Positions 29,237-38,850 of a stretch of DNA of 43,275 nt are shown piece after piece. The stretch comes from an uncultured Bacilli bacterium. GTDB lineage: Bacteria > Bacillota_I > Bacilli_A > RF39 > UBA660. Where the stretch lies: assembly GCA_944363705.1 (NCBI GenBank), contig CALVUY010000003.1, forward strand, positions 1 to 43,275, given 5' to 3'. The notes beneath the pieces were generated by a model that worked only from the letters and a program-made list of their open reading frames with translations, was not told where the DNA came from and searched no databases. The position numbers were made by a program, and so were the translations under genes. The stretch's first letter is position 1. Every line of letters starts with the position of its first letter.

Positions 29237-29887
29237 TTATATTTCTTCGAAAATGTAAATAGTTTGATTATAATCATCATTATGTGTACATGTAATTAAA
29301 GTTAGTGTCTTTTTTGCAAGATCTCTATATATTGCAACAGTTCCTGTTTTAGCTTGATTATATATATTAGTTAATCTGTAGTTATAGGTATTAGCATTAT
29401 AACTGACACTAGCTTCATCCCCTACTTCTAGTTTATATAATTTATCAAAAAATGATATATAAGCATTACCAGAATGAGCCATAAGAATAAAATTTCCCAT
29501 AGGCACATCAGGATAATCTGATTCATTAGCGATAGTTACATTATATTCTATATTATTATATCTTGATTCTTTAGATACAAAGCCTCTTCTTAGTTTGATT
29601 TTAGGTATTGATAATTCTCCTATATAAAAATAATTAGCTTTCTTATCATTTTCTTCTGCTACTTCAGTATTTTCAGTAGTCATTTCTAAATTTTCGGTAT
29701 TTATATCACTAATAGTTGTGTTTTCTTTATTAATATTTAACTGAAAAATAGCGAGTCTCATTTCTTCAAAGACTTCACCTTTTAGTTTTGCTAAAGGATT
29801 GCTAATAAATACGAAAATTCCTACTATAAGGAAGAAAAAGCCAACTTTAAAGAGCTGGCTTTTTATGTTCTTATTTTTTCTTTGCAT
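29237..29887 (-). CDS. Sortase family protein
   Basis: L.IPKI, MAHSG, F..L..L..GD and LTLITC. Probable ATG at 29887 overlapping the end of the upstream gene. Confidence 0.88.
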   Translation of the reverse strand: MQRKNKNIKSQLFKVGFFFLIVGIFVFISNPLAKLKGEVFEEMRLAIFQLNINKENTTISDINTENLEMTTENTEVAEENDKKANYFYIGELSIPKIKLRRGFVSKESRYNNIEYNVTIANESDYPDVPMGNFILMAHSGNAYISFFDKLYKLEVGDEASVSYNANTYNYRLTNIYNQAKTGTVAIYRDLAKKTLTLITCTHNDDYNQTIYIFEEI

Positions 29888-31226
29888 TGTTTGGTCTTTT
29901 AGCCACAACTATTAGGACAATACCTGCTATTATAACTAGTGCTCCTATTCCATATACTAAGTATGATGTACTTGCTGTATCTGGAGCTGGAATTGTTGGT
30001 GCTTCTAAATTAAGAGATGTAGATGCAGATTGTTTTTCTATTTGACCTAGTAAAGCCCTTTGTGCATTTATGTTATCTGTCTTATATATATAAGCATCAT
30101 AATAGTCCTTATAGTAAGCATTTATAGTTATATTAGCTTTGAACGTTTCATTATTTAATTCTGAAATAGGCACTCTAAGTTTAAATCCTTGATCAGCACT
30201 AATTGAAGAAGAGTCTAAAACATTATTATTTTCATCAACAATTTCAATATTTCCAACAGAATTATTTATGCTAACTGAATATGATTCAAAAGTAGAATTT
30301 GAACTAGTTGGTCTTATTAAACTTGTTTCAACATAGTCATTATTCATTGTATATGTTATATTGCTTTCATCAATATTAATATCAATATTACCTTTATCGC
30401 CAGCATAGTCACTCTCATGATTTATAGCTTCAGTTACTAGTTGTTTTATTCTTAATCCTATTGGCTGATTAGCTTTTGACAATGTTTCTTTATCCAATCT
30501 AGTTAAGTTATTTAAAAATCTATATTCCCCTTCATTATACCTATCATCATAGTTATCTTCTACAACATCTGAAACCTTGTAGTTGTTATTACATCCTTCA
30601 GTACCTGTAGTACAATATTCATAATTATTTTCGTCCGAATATCCATTTGCTAAATCTACATACCACCATACTGCAAGTTGAGTATAATAATAATTTTCAT
30701 CTTCAGTACCACCTAGTGTTTCATGATTTTCCAAAATATAAATCAAACCTGGATAATCAGCAGTAACTGAAATTGGTTCTGTTTCTTCAGAGTATTCTGG
30801 TGCTATGTTTATAAAATCTTTTACAGAACTGCTTTTTACATAAATTTTACCAGAATTTGGCAATCCTAATCTACCATCAATACAATAAATATCACTTATA
30901 CCATTTTCAAATAGAGGAGAACTTCCTTCAAATACACTTCGAAAAGGAATGTAATGTCCGTTTTCTGTGTCAGTAATCATTATTTCATTACCATTTTCAA
31001 CTTGGCGTATACTTGAAGTAAATTGTTCAGGAACTGTTACAAGAAAATCAGCAGCATAACTTTCTTCATTACTAATAAATATTCCCACTACTAGTAATAC
31101 TGCTAATAAACAGCAAGAAATAATACCTATTTTTTTCACATCGTTCATTGCTTTGTCCATTTTATCTTGGTTTCTTTTTTCTTTACTTCTTTTTATTTGT
31201 CTTTTTGAACTCATTTTAGAACTCAT
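29871..31226 (-). CDS. Thioester-domain (TQXA/TED) surface protein with a sortase-type C-terminal signal
   Basis: Signal peptide, YCID, TQLAVW, late AQRALL, then APDTA + TM helix + basic tail. Confidence 0.78.
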   Translation of the reverse strand: MSSKMSSKRQIKRSKEKRNQDKMDKAMNDVKKIGIISCCLLAVLLVVGIFISNEESYAADFLVTVPEQFTSSIRQVENGNEIMITDTENGHYIPFRSVFEGSSPLFENGISDIYCIDGRLGLPNSGKIYVKSSSVKDFINIAPEYSEETEPISVTADYPGLIYILENHETLGGTEDENYYYTQLAVWWYVDLANGYSDENNYEYCTTGTEGCNNNYKVSDVVEDNYDDRYNEGEYRFLNNLTRLDKETLSKANQPIGLRIKQLVTEAINHESDYAGDKGNIDINIDESNITYTMNNDYVETSLIRPTSSNSTFESYSVSINNSVGNIEIVDENNNVLDSSSISADQGFKLRVPISELNNETFKANITINAYYKDYYDAYIYKTDNINAQRALLGQIEKQSASTSLNLEAPTIPAPDTASTSYLVYGIGALVIIAGIVLIVVAKRPNNAKKK

Positions 31227-31273
31227 ATAATCACCTTACCTTATTTAGAGTATAGCAAAAGGAAATAGTTTTT

Positions 31274-32497
31274 TCAAGAAATTTCAAATATTCTTTCAAG
31301 ATTAAATTTTTTATTGTCAACATTTGTATAAATAGTTGCTAGTATATCTCCTTCTTTTATCTCATCACCTATATCTTTTTTTATAATGATTCCTGCATTA
31401 TAATCAATTTTATCTTCTTTACTTTTTCTTCCTGCTCCTAAGCTTTCACTAAGTTTAGCAATGGATAGAGCATTTATATCTTTTAAAATACCTGTTTTAT
31501 TAGCTTTAATATTATAGACTTTTGCATCTATATTAAGGCTATCAATATCACCATATTGATATTTAACAAATTCTATAAATTTCTTTAAGGCTTTGCCATT
31601 TTCTAAGTTTTCTTTTACTTCTTTTTTTGCCTCTTCTTCACTTATTCCTTTTCCCATTGATACCATCTTAGTAGCAAGTTCAAGTGATAAATTTAAAAGT
31701 TCTCCTTTTACATTACCTTTTAACACATCAATAGCTTCTAATACCTCTAATTTATTGCCTATATTATGTCCTAGAGGTCTATCCATATTAGATATAACTG
31801 TTCTAACTTCTTTTTGATAGTATGAACCTATCTTAATTAATAAGCTTGATAGTCTTTCTGCTTCTTCTTTTGTTTTAATTAAGGCACCATTACCAACTTT
31901 AATATCAATAACTATTTTATCGGCACCACCTGCTATTTTTTTGCTCATAATACTACTTGCTATTAAAGGAATGGAATTAGTTGTTGCAGTTACGTCACGT
32001 AGAGCATAAACTTTTTTATCTAAAGGGGCAAGGTCTTTAGTTTGGCTTGTTATAACAATTCCTATATCTTCAGCTTGTTTTTTTATTTCATCTTCTGTTA
32101 GGTCAACTTTAAAACCTGGAATTGATTCTAATTTGTCTATAGTTCCTCCTGTATAACCTAGGCCTCTACCACTCATTTTAATAACTGGAACATTACAACT
32201 AGCGACAAGAGGAGCGGCTATTAAAGTAGTTTTATCTCCTACTCCACCAGTTGAGTGTTTATCTACTTTTATTTCATCTATAAAACTCAAGTCTAGAACA
32301 TCACCACTTTTAATAAAAATATCAGTTAATGCAAATATTTCACTATCACTCATATCATTAATACAAATTGCCATTAAAAAAGCACTCATTTGATAGTCTT
32401 TTACTTCATCATTTAAATACCCTAAAAGAATCGTTTCTAGCTCTTCTTTAGTTAATTCATATTTATTTGCTTTCTTATTTATTATATCTAATATCAT
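31274..32497 (-). CDS. pdp: Pyrimidine-nucleoside/thymidine phosphorylase
   Basis: DKHSTGGVGDK, KMSGRGLG.TGGT.DKLE, YALRD and SIMSKK. Confidence 0.96.
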   Translation of the reverse strand: MILDIINKKANKYELTKEELETILLGYLNDEVKDYQMSAFLMAICINDMSDSEIFALTDIFIKSGDVLDLSFIDEIKVDKHSTGGVGDKTTLIAAPLVASCNVPVIKMSGRGLGYTGGTIDKLESIPGFKVDLTEDEIKKQAEDIGIVITSQTKDLAPLDKKVYALRDVTATTNSIPLIASSIMSKKIAGGADKIVIDIKVGNGALIKTKEEAERLSSLLIKIGSYYQKEVRTVISNMDRPLGHNIGNKLEVLEAIDVLKGNVKGELLNLSLELATKMVSMGKGISEEEAKKEVKENLENGKALKKFIEFVKYQYGDIDSLNIDAKVYNIKANKTGILKDINALSIAKLSESLGAGRKSKEDKIDYNAGIIIKKDIGDEIKEGDILATIYTNVDNKKFNLERIFEIS

Positions 32498-32592
32498 CTT
32501 TTATCACCTTGATTTAATAATAAGTTAAAAAGTCTCTAATTACAAGAGAATTCACAATATTTTACATTTCCTTAATAATAGAAAAAAAGAGA

Positions 32593-32949
32593 TTAGTCAA
32601 CTAACCTCTTACTTATAAGCTCAAGAGCCTTTTTAGGATCTTCTATTATCAATTGATGAATAGATTCTATTTCTCTTAATCCTTTAACAAACTCTATTTC
32701 TTCTTCTGCCATAGTAGTAACTTTTTTATTCTTACCCTTTGACTTAACAGGATTATCATATCCTAGAAGATAATCGACATCAACATCTAATACCTTTCCT
32801 AATTTAGTTAATGTGTCTAGAGTTGGAACTCTTGTGCCATTTTCATAACAACAAATACTTACTTTTGTAACATTTACATGCTCGCCCAACTCTCGTTGCG
32901 TTAAACCTCTGTTTATTCGCAACTCTTTTAAACGTTTACTTAAAAGCAT
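32593..32949 (-). CDS. XRE-family HTH transcriptional regulator
   Basis: RLKELR...LTQ.ELG...YENG.R.P...DYLLG. Confidence 0.9.
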   Translation of the reverse strand: MLLSKRLKELRINRGLTQRELGEHVNVTKVSICCYENGTRVPTLDTLTKLGKVLDVDVDYLLGYDNPVKSKGKNKKVTTMAEEEIEFVKGLREIESIHQLIIEDPKKALELISKRLVD

Positions 32950-33050
32950 ATTTGTCTCTCCTTATTTAATTGTTTACTAAACTATAAATCCTTTTTAGGC
33001 AAAAAGTCAACCCTTATTGGCTAATTATTGAAAAATAAGACTAAAATCGA

Positions 33051-33398
33051 CTAATTATCAGTATTCTTGACATCGTTTTTCTTCTTATTTGACAGAAAAG
33101 TTACTTTGTCTGCAACTACTTCTAGAAAGTATCTAGAACCCTCATCTGTCTTAATAATGTTACTTTGTAAGCGGCCTCTAATACCAACAATATCTCCAAC
33201 TTTACAATATTCTTTAGTAAGCTTAGCTTTCTCTTCCCAAAGTGTACAATTGATAAAGTCTGTTTCATAAACACCATCCATATTTTTAAAAGAACGTGGT
33301 ACTGCTAAAGAAAGGGTTCCTACTTTCTTGCCAGATTCAGTTTCTTTAATGTCAATATCTTTAGTTAGACGGCCTACTAAAATTAAACTATTTAACAT
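33051..33398 (-). CDS. ssb: Short single-stranded DNA-binding protein (SsbB-like)
   Basis: LVGRLTKD, TDFI.C..W and G..GRLQ. 115 aa, lacking the acidic C-terminal tail. Confidence 0.9.
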   Translation of the reverse strand: MLNSLILVGRLTKDIDIKETESGKKVGTLSLAVPRSFKNMDGVYETDFINCTLWEEKAKLTKEYCKVGDIVGIRGRLQSNIIKTDEGSRYFLEVVADKVTFLSNKKKNDVKNTDN

Positions 33399-33516
33399 GC
33401 AATTCCTCCTTTCGGAAGATAAAGTAACACAGTTTTAAAATCCTTGCAAAAAGAGAAAATTGCAAATTCGAGCTGTTTTTGGAGGTGAATTTTGTAAATT
33501 CATAGGGCCAAATTAA

Positions 33517-33547
33517 TAAATTGACCCCCAAAATGAGGGTCAATTTA
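33517..33547 (-). terminator. Hairpin after sufB (probable terminator)
   Basis: TAAATTGACCC-N9-GGGTCAATTTA immediately after the sufB stop. Confidence 0.7.
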
Positions 33548-33552
33548 CAAAA

Positions 33553-34863
33553 TTACAAGTTTTTTTTCAAAATTTGATTTAGTTCAACTGCATACTCCAT
33601 TGGTAGTTCTTTTCTAAACTCTTCTAGGAAACCTAAAACGATTAATTCTTCACAAGTTTCTTTAGGTATTCCTTTACTTTCAAGATAAAATATATTAGCA
33701 TCATTTATCTTAGAAACTGTCGCTTCATGTTCAATGGTACTTGTATTATTAGAGACTATATTTGTAGGTATAGTATCACTAATACTATCTTTATCTAGTA
33801 TTAAAGTGTCGCATTTTATCATAGAGTATGAATTAGTGGCATCTTCTTTAATTTTAACATCACCTCTATAAGTGGCATTACCTCCACTTCTAGCGATACT
33901 TTTAGATATTATTTTACTGTTTGTATTCTTACCTAGATGAATCATTCTAGCCCCAGTATCTTGGATTTGATTATTGCTTGCAACAGCGATACTAATACAT
34001 GTACCTGTAGAATTATCTCCTTTTAGTATACAGCATGGATACTTCATAGTAAGTTTACTTCCAATATTACCATCGATCCATTCCATAGTACCATTTTCTT
34101 CTACTAAGGCTCTTTTAGTAACTAAGTTATAGACATTAGGAGCCCAGTTTTGAATTGTTGTATAACGACATTTACTATTTTTTCCTACGTATATTTCTAC
34201 AACTGCAGCATGAAGTGAAGAAGTAGCATAAGTAGGAGCGGTACATCCTTCTATATAGTGAAGCTCACTATCATCATCTACTATGATTAAAGTTCTTTCA
34301 AATTGTCCCATACCTTTACTATTTATTCTAAAGTAGCTTTGAAGTGGCCTATCTAATTTAGTATTAGGTGGTATATAGATAAAACTTCCTCCTGAGAAAA
34401 CAGAACTATTTAAGGCTGCATACAAATTATCAGTATTTTTAACTATCTTACCAAAATACTTTTTTACAAGAAGAGGATATTCTTTAATAGCATTATCAAT
34501 GGATGTAAAGATTACTTTTTTATCTGTAAGTTCTTTAAGCATATTATGATATATTACTTCACTTTCATATTGAACACCCATACCAGCCATATATTGTTCA
34601 CTTTCAAGTACACCTAATTTATCTAATTCACTTTTAATTGGCTTCATAACTTTAGACCAGTCATCAGTTAGTTCATCAGTGGCACTCTTATAATAGATAA
34701 TATCATCAAAGTTAAGTTTAAACTCAGGTCCAAAAGGTAATGTTTTATTCATCTTTTCAAAGTATTCATATGATTTTATTCGATAATCTTTTACCCAAGT
34801 ATCTTCTTTTTTATGAGTTGATATCTTTATTATATTATCTTTAGTTAGTCCTTTAATCTCCAC
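33553..34863 (-). CDS. sufB: Fe-S cluster assembly protein SufB
   Basis: QYESEV.YH, LQSYFRIN, GQFERTLI, YIEGCTAP, SLHAAVVE and ELPMEYAVELN. Confidence 0.97.
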   Translation of the reverse strand: MEIKGLTKDNIIKISTHKKEDTWVKDYRIKSYEYFEKMNKTLPFGPEFKLNFDDIIYYKSATDELTDDWSKVMKPIKSELDKLGVLESEQYMAGMGVQYESEVIYHNMLKELTDKKVIFTSIDNAIKEYPLLVKKYFGKIVKNTDNLYAALNSSVFSGGSFIYIPPNTKLDRPLQSYFRINSKGMGQFERTLIIVDDDSELHYIEGCTAPTYATSSLHAAVVEIYVGKNSKCRYTTIQNWAPNVYNLVTKRALVEENGTMEWIDGNIGSKLTMKYPCCILKGDNSTGTCISIAVASNNQIQDTGARMIHLGKNTNSKIISKSIARSGGNATYRGDVKIKEDATNSYSMIKCDTLILDKDSISDTIPTNIVSNNTSTIEHEATVSKINDANIFYLESKGIPKETCEELIVLGFLEEFRKELPMEYAVELNQILKKNL

Positions 34864-35284
34864 TTTCTACCTCCTTTAGAATCTTTTTAATTGTATCGAC
34901 AGGAAGTAAAGCACAGTGTTTTCTATTAGGTTGCATATAGATAGTATCATAGACCATAAGTTCACCTAATTTTTCTTCATCATATTCTTGTTCATCTATT
35001 AAATGTTCATAGTTTTCTATTAAATCTTTAACATCACTAACACTCTTTCCTATTATCTTTCTTAAGAAAATAGAGGTAGCAGAAGTTGAGATAGCACATG
35101 CTTCCCCATCAAAATTAGCATCTACTACTTTGCCATCTTCTATTTTTAGTTCAATATCGATATTATCAATACAAGATTCATTATTAGTATTCGCTTTTTT
35201 ATACCCAGCTTCTCCTTTTAATCCTTTATGATAAGGGTTATTATAATTATCTAATATTACTTCTCTTTTTAGTTCTCTATCCAT
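34853..35284 (-). CDS. sufU: SufU Fe-S assembly protein
   Basis: N.SC.D, ACAIS and R..CA.L motifs, in operon context. Confidence 0.93.
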   Translation of the reverse strand: MDRELKREVILDNYNNPYHKGLKGEAGYKKANTNNESCIDNIDIELKIEDGKVVDANFDGEACAISTSATSIFLRKIIGKSVSDVKDLIENYEHLIDEQEYDEEKLGELMVYDTIYMQPNRKHCALLPVDTIKKILKEVESGD

Positions 35285-35295
35285 AAATACTCCTC

Positions 35296-36492
35296 CTATA
35301 GTATTACTTTAAATAAATCATCTGACTTTTCTAATGCTTCAACAAGTTTATCTATTTCCTCTTTAGTATTATAAAAGTATAAACTAATTCTACAAGTATT
35401 TTTAATATTTATTTCATCTTTTAAAATTTTGGCACAGTGATTACCTGCTCTTACACAAATATTATAGTGGTCTAGATAGATAGCAGTATCTTGACTAAAT
35501 ATTCCTTCTAGGTTGAATGCTAGAATACCACTATCACTATTTTTATTATATAAAATTACTTTAGTATTACTTTCTAGTTTAGAAACAAGATACTTCTTTA
35601 GTTCCTTTTCATATTCATAAATTTTATCCATACCAATACTTTGTAAGTAATCAATGGCAGCGCCTAGTCCTATTACTTCGGCGATAGGAGGAGTTCCTGC
35701 TTCAAATCTTGTAGGAATGCTTTTATATTCTACTTCTCCTGTTACTTCAAAGTATTGATTCATGCCACCACCGTATTCTATAGGTTTCATCTTTTCTAAA
35801 TATTCTTCTTTGGCATAAAGCACTCCTACTCCTGTTGGTCCTAACATTTTATGCCCTGAAAAAACTAAAAAGTCTATATCATCTTTAATAACATCTGTTT
35901 TCATATGGGGAACACTTTGGGCACCATCTACTACTAATATTATGTTATGTTTGTGAGCGATTTTACTTATTTCATGAATATCTCTTACATCTCCTACGAC
36001 ATTAGTAATACTTGCAATAGAGATTACTTTAGTCTTTTCATTTATCGTATTAGTTAATGCTTCTAGAGTTAGTTCATGATTATCATTTAGAGGAATATAA
36101 CTTATCTTTATATTTTTTATTTTAGCTAGTTCTAACCAAGGTAAGACGTTTGAGGCATGTTCACTTTTAGTAAGTAGAACTTCATCTCCTTCATTTAAAT
36201 AATCTTTCATAAAACCGAAGACTATCTTATTAAGTGAGTCTGTTGCACCACTAGTAAAAACTATTTCTTTACTGCTTTTAGCATTTATAAAGTCTTTTAC
36301 TTTATCTCTAACCTTCTCATATTCTTCACTTGCTTTTAAAGATATTTTATAATCTCCTCTATGAATATTCGCTCCATAGTTATAGTAATAATCATTCATC
36401 GCTTCTACTACACATTTTGGTTTTAGAGTTGTCGCTCCATTATCAAAATATATTATGTTATTGTTTAAAATAGGAAAATCTTCTCTATACAT
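35296..36492 (-). CDS. sufS: Cysteine desulfurase SufS
   Basis: YFDNGATT, N.HRG, DGAQ, FSGHKM.GP.G and RAGNHCA. Start moved to ATG 36492 (AGGAGGTG RBS). Confidence 0.96.
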   Translation of the reverse strand: MYREDFPILNNNIIYFDNGATTLKPKCVVEAMNDYYYNYGANIHRGDYKISLKASEEYEKVRDKVKDFINAKSSKEIVFTSGATDSLNKIVFGFMKDYLNEGDEVLLTKSEHASNVLPWLELAKIKNIKISYIPLNDNHELTLEALTNTINEKTKVISIASITNVVGDVRDIHEISKIAHKHNIILVVDGAQSVPHMKTDVIKDDIDFLVFSGHKMLGPTGVGVLYAKEEYLEKMKPIEYGGGMNQYFEVTGEVEYKSIPTRFEAGTPPIAEVIGLGAAIDYLQSIGMDKIYEYEKELKKYLVSKLESNTKVILYNKNSDSGILAFNLEGIFSQDTAIYLDHYNICVRAGNHCAKILKDEINIKNTCRISLYFYNTKEEIDKLVEALEKSDDLFKVIL

Positions 36493-36531
36493 AATTTCAC
36501 CTCCTAGTTTTAAATCGATTCTAAAGTAATT

Positions 36532-36550
36532 TGGCAACAAGTTGTTGCCA
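36532..36550. promoter_or_regulatory. Perfect 9-1-9 palindrome TGGCAACAA-G-TTGTTGCCA upstream of sufS
   Basis: Directly visible, with no flanking U-tract. Function unknown. Confidence 0.5.
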
Positions 36551-36608
36551 TTCTTCATCAATTTAATATTATTCATTAAATATTATTTTATTTATTATTC
36601 AACACTTT

Positions 36609-37277
36609 CTATTTTCTTCCAAAAATATCTGGTGTACCACCAATAAATTCTATTTTTCCATCATTATATACGACAGCTTGACTATCTTTTATGGCATATA
36701 CTTTGAACTCATTATCTTCTAAAACTCTTTCAAAAAAGTCTTTAGTCCACTTTTTATGGTCTTCTCTCATGTAATGGGGAATTATATTGAAATCTACTAA
36801 GTTGAGTTCTTCATGAGTTTTAGCAAGTTCTTTATCTTGGGGATAACGTTCTTCCCAAAACTTCTCGCTTGTAATTTTTCTGCCAAGAACAATTGAACCT
36901 GCTGATGTACCCATTATTACTTTTGTATTACTTATATTCTTAATTATATCTATAGTATCAGTTTCTCTAAAAAGCTTTTCTAATAAATGTTGTTTGCCTC
37001 CAACTATATAAATTAAATCTGCCATGTTTAGACGTTTATTTATCTCTTCTTTGGTGTATGCTCTAAAGTTAATAAAATCTATAATACCACCAATATATTT
37101 TTCGATGTTAGATAATTCTTTTATTAACCATCTTTTATCTTTTGTACTATCAAGTCCTACATAGGCTTCATTAATTATAGCAATGTTTATTTCTTTTAGA
37201 GGCTTTCCTACTAATTTTTCTACTTCTTTAGCAATTTCGTCAGTAGTAAATCCTTGCGATGCTAAAACTAATTTCAA
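36609..37277 (-). CDS. Peptidase S51 (peptidase E)/type 1 glutamine amidotransferase-like protein
   Basis: IYIVGG, GTSAGS and IIPHY. Probable TTG start at 37277, 8 nt after GGAGG. Confidence 0.85.
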   Translation of the reverse strand: MKLVLASQGFTTDEIAKEVEKLVGKPLKEINIAIINEAYVGLDSTKDKRWLIKELSNIEKYIGGIIDFINFRAYTKEEINKRLNMADLIYIVGGKQHLLEKLFRETDTIDIIKNISNTKVIMGTSAGSIVLGRKITSEKFWEERYPQDKELAKTHEELNLVDFNIIPHYMREDHKKWTKDFFERVLEDNEFKVYAIKDSQAVVYNDGKIEFIGGTPDIFGRK

Positions 37278-37282
37278 TGTAA

Positions 37283-37954
37283 TCACCTCCTCGTTACTTT
37301 ATCTAAAATATTATCAAGTACACTTTCATAATCAATTGGTAGTTCTACCACTTTCATAAAGCCATTTAATAAGAGATTAAATGATTCTTTTTTACTTATT
37401 CCCTTTGTTTCTAAATAGAATAATAATTTTTCATCAAAAGGTCCTGTGTAAGCGGAATGATTAGCAATAGAATCAAATTCATCTATAAAAAGATTTGGTT
37501 CTATTAAACTTTTTCCCTCATCTAAATTAATTATTCTACTAGATTGATTACATACTGAACCTATCATACCTTTTTTAATATAACCATTAACACTAAACTT
37601 TAAATCTCCTTTACCATAACTAATTCCATGACATGTAACATTACTTGTTGTTTCTTTATTTTTATGATAAACATTTACTTCGTTAGTTATCTTTTTATCA
37701 GTAACAGTCATTTCATAAAAGTCTAGTTTAGCATTATTATAGATATTAATATTAACAGTAATACTTTCCGTAGTAATATTATAAATAGTTGTAGAGTTTA
37801 AAATATTGAAATCAACTTTTATATTATTTTTAGTTACAAGATATAGTTTTACATTATCACTTTCAACACTTATAGTAGTATCTTTATCTAGTTCTAATTT
37901 AAAGGTGCCTTCTTTACTAAAACTTTTAGCACTATCTAATAATATATTATTCAT
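37283..37954 (-). CDS. sufD: SufD family protein (short)
   Basis: PNLFIDE.D..ANHSA..G and LFYLETKGI. Probable ATG 37954 overlapping the end of sufC. Confidence 0.88.
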   Translation of the reverse strand: MNNILLDSAKSFSKEGTFKLELDKDTTISVESDNVKLYLVTKNNIKVDFNILNSTTIYNITTESITVNINIYNNAKLDFYEMTVTDKKITNEVNVYHKNKETTSNVTCHGISYGKGDLKFSVNGYIKKGMIGSVCNQSSRIINLDEGKSLIEPNLFIDEFDSIANHSAYTGPFDEKLLFYLETKGISKKESFNLLLNGFMKVVELPIDYESVLDNILDKVTRR

Positions 37955-38708
37955 AATTTTCACTAGGCTCCACTTCATTTACCCCGGTAAAACCTGTTTT
38001 TTCTATTTGTTTAGCAAGAGTAATATCTCCTGTTTTAACTATCTTACCATCTTTCATCTCATGAACAAAGTCTGGTTTAATTAAATCTAGAACTCTACTA
38101 TAGTGGGTAATGATTAAAACACTTGTATCTTTATTTTCTTTTAAGTAATCATTAATATTATTTGCAACTACTTTTAGACTATCTACATCTAATCCACTAT
38201 CTAATTCATCTAAAATAATAAAACTAGGTGTTAAGACTTTTAATCCTAAAACTTCATTTTTCTTTCTTTCACCACCTGATAAACCTTTATTAATAGATCT
38301 ATGCATAGCATCTTTTGGTAGATTCAACGAGTCTAATTCTTTTTTCATCTTAGTAATAAAAGAATATAGATTAGTATCACTACCTCGTTCTTTTAAAGCA
38401 GTCCTTAGGGCTTCACTATTACTTACACCATCGATAATAGATGGATCTTGCATAAGTAGGTAAATACCTAGTCTTGCTATTTCATCAGTTGTTAAATCAT
38501 TTAGAGTCTTTCCATTATAAGTAATAGAACCATCATTAATAACATAATCAGGATGATGCATTATTGCTTTTGATAAAGTACTCTTCCCTACTCCATTAGG
38601 TCCCATAATAGCATGAATTTCTCCATCATTTATAGTAAGAGAAAAATCTTTTAGAATCTCTTTATCAGTATCTTTTATTTTTACATTTAAATTATCTATT
38701 TTAAACAT
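37947..38708 (-). CDS. sufC: Fe-S cluster assembly ATPase SufC
   Basis: HAIMGPNG.GKST, SGGE.KKNE, LDE.DSGLDVD and ITHY. Confidence 0.97.
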   Translation of the reverse strand: MFKIDNLNVKIKDTDKEILKDFSLTINDGEIHAIMGPNGVGKSTLSKAIMHHPDYVINDGSITYNGKTLNDLTTDEIARLGIYLLMQDPSIIDGVSNSEALRTALKERGSDTNLYSFITKMKKELDSLNLPKDAMHRSINKGLSGGERKKNEVLGLKVLTPSFIILDELDSGLDVDSLKVVANNINDYLKENKDTSVLIITHYSRVLDLIKPDFVHEMKDGKIVKTGDITLAKQIEKTGFTGVNEVEPSENYE

Positions 38709-38850
38709 ATTATCACCCTTTCTAATTGTATGATAAATTATATTATTAAATTGTCAATATTTATGTTAAAAGACATGCTTAGTATAACACATAATTGCTT
38801 ATATTTAAAGGATTTGATAAAATAATAGATATAGAAAGATAGTGGTTTTT

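Noticed and set aside
31274-31276. Genetic code 4 (Mycoplasma-like), given the low GC
   Set aside because: Long genes are intact under code 11, Trp uses TGG, and pdp ends at TGA.
36493-36576. 28-aa N-terminal extension of SufS, with MNNI resembling the SufD start
   Set aside because: A strong RBS precedes ATG 36492, and the similarity is a short AT-rich match.
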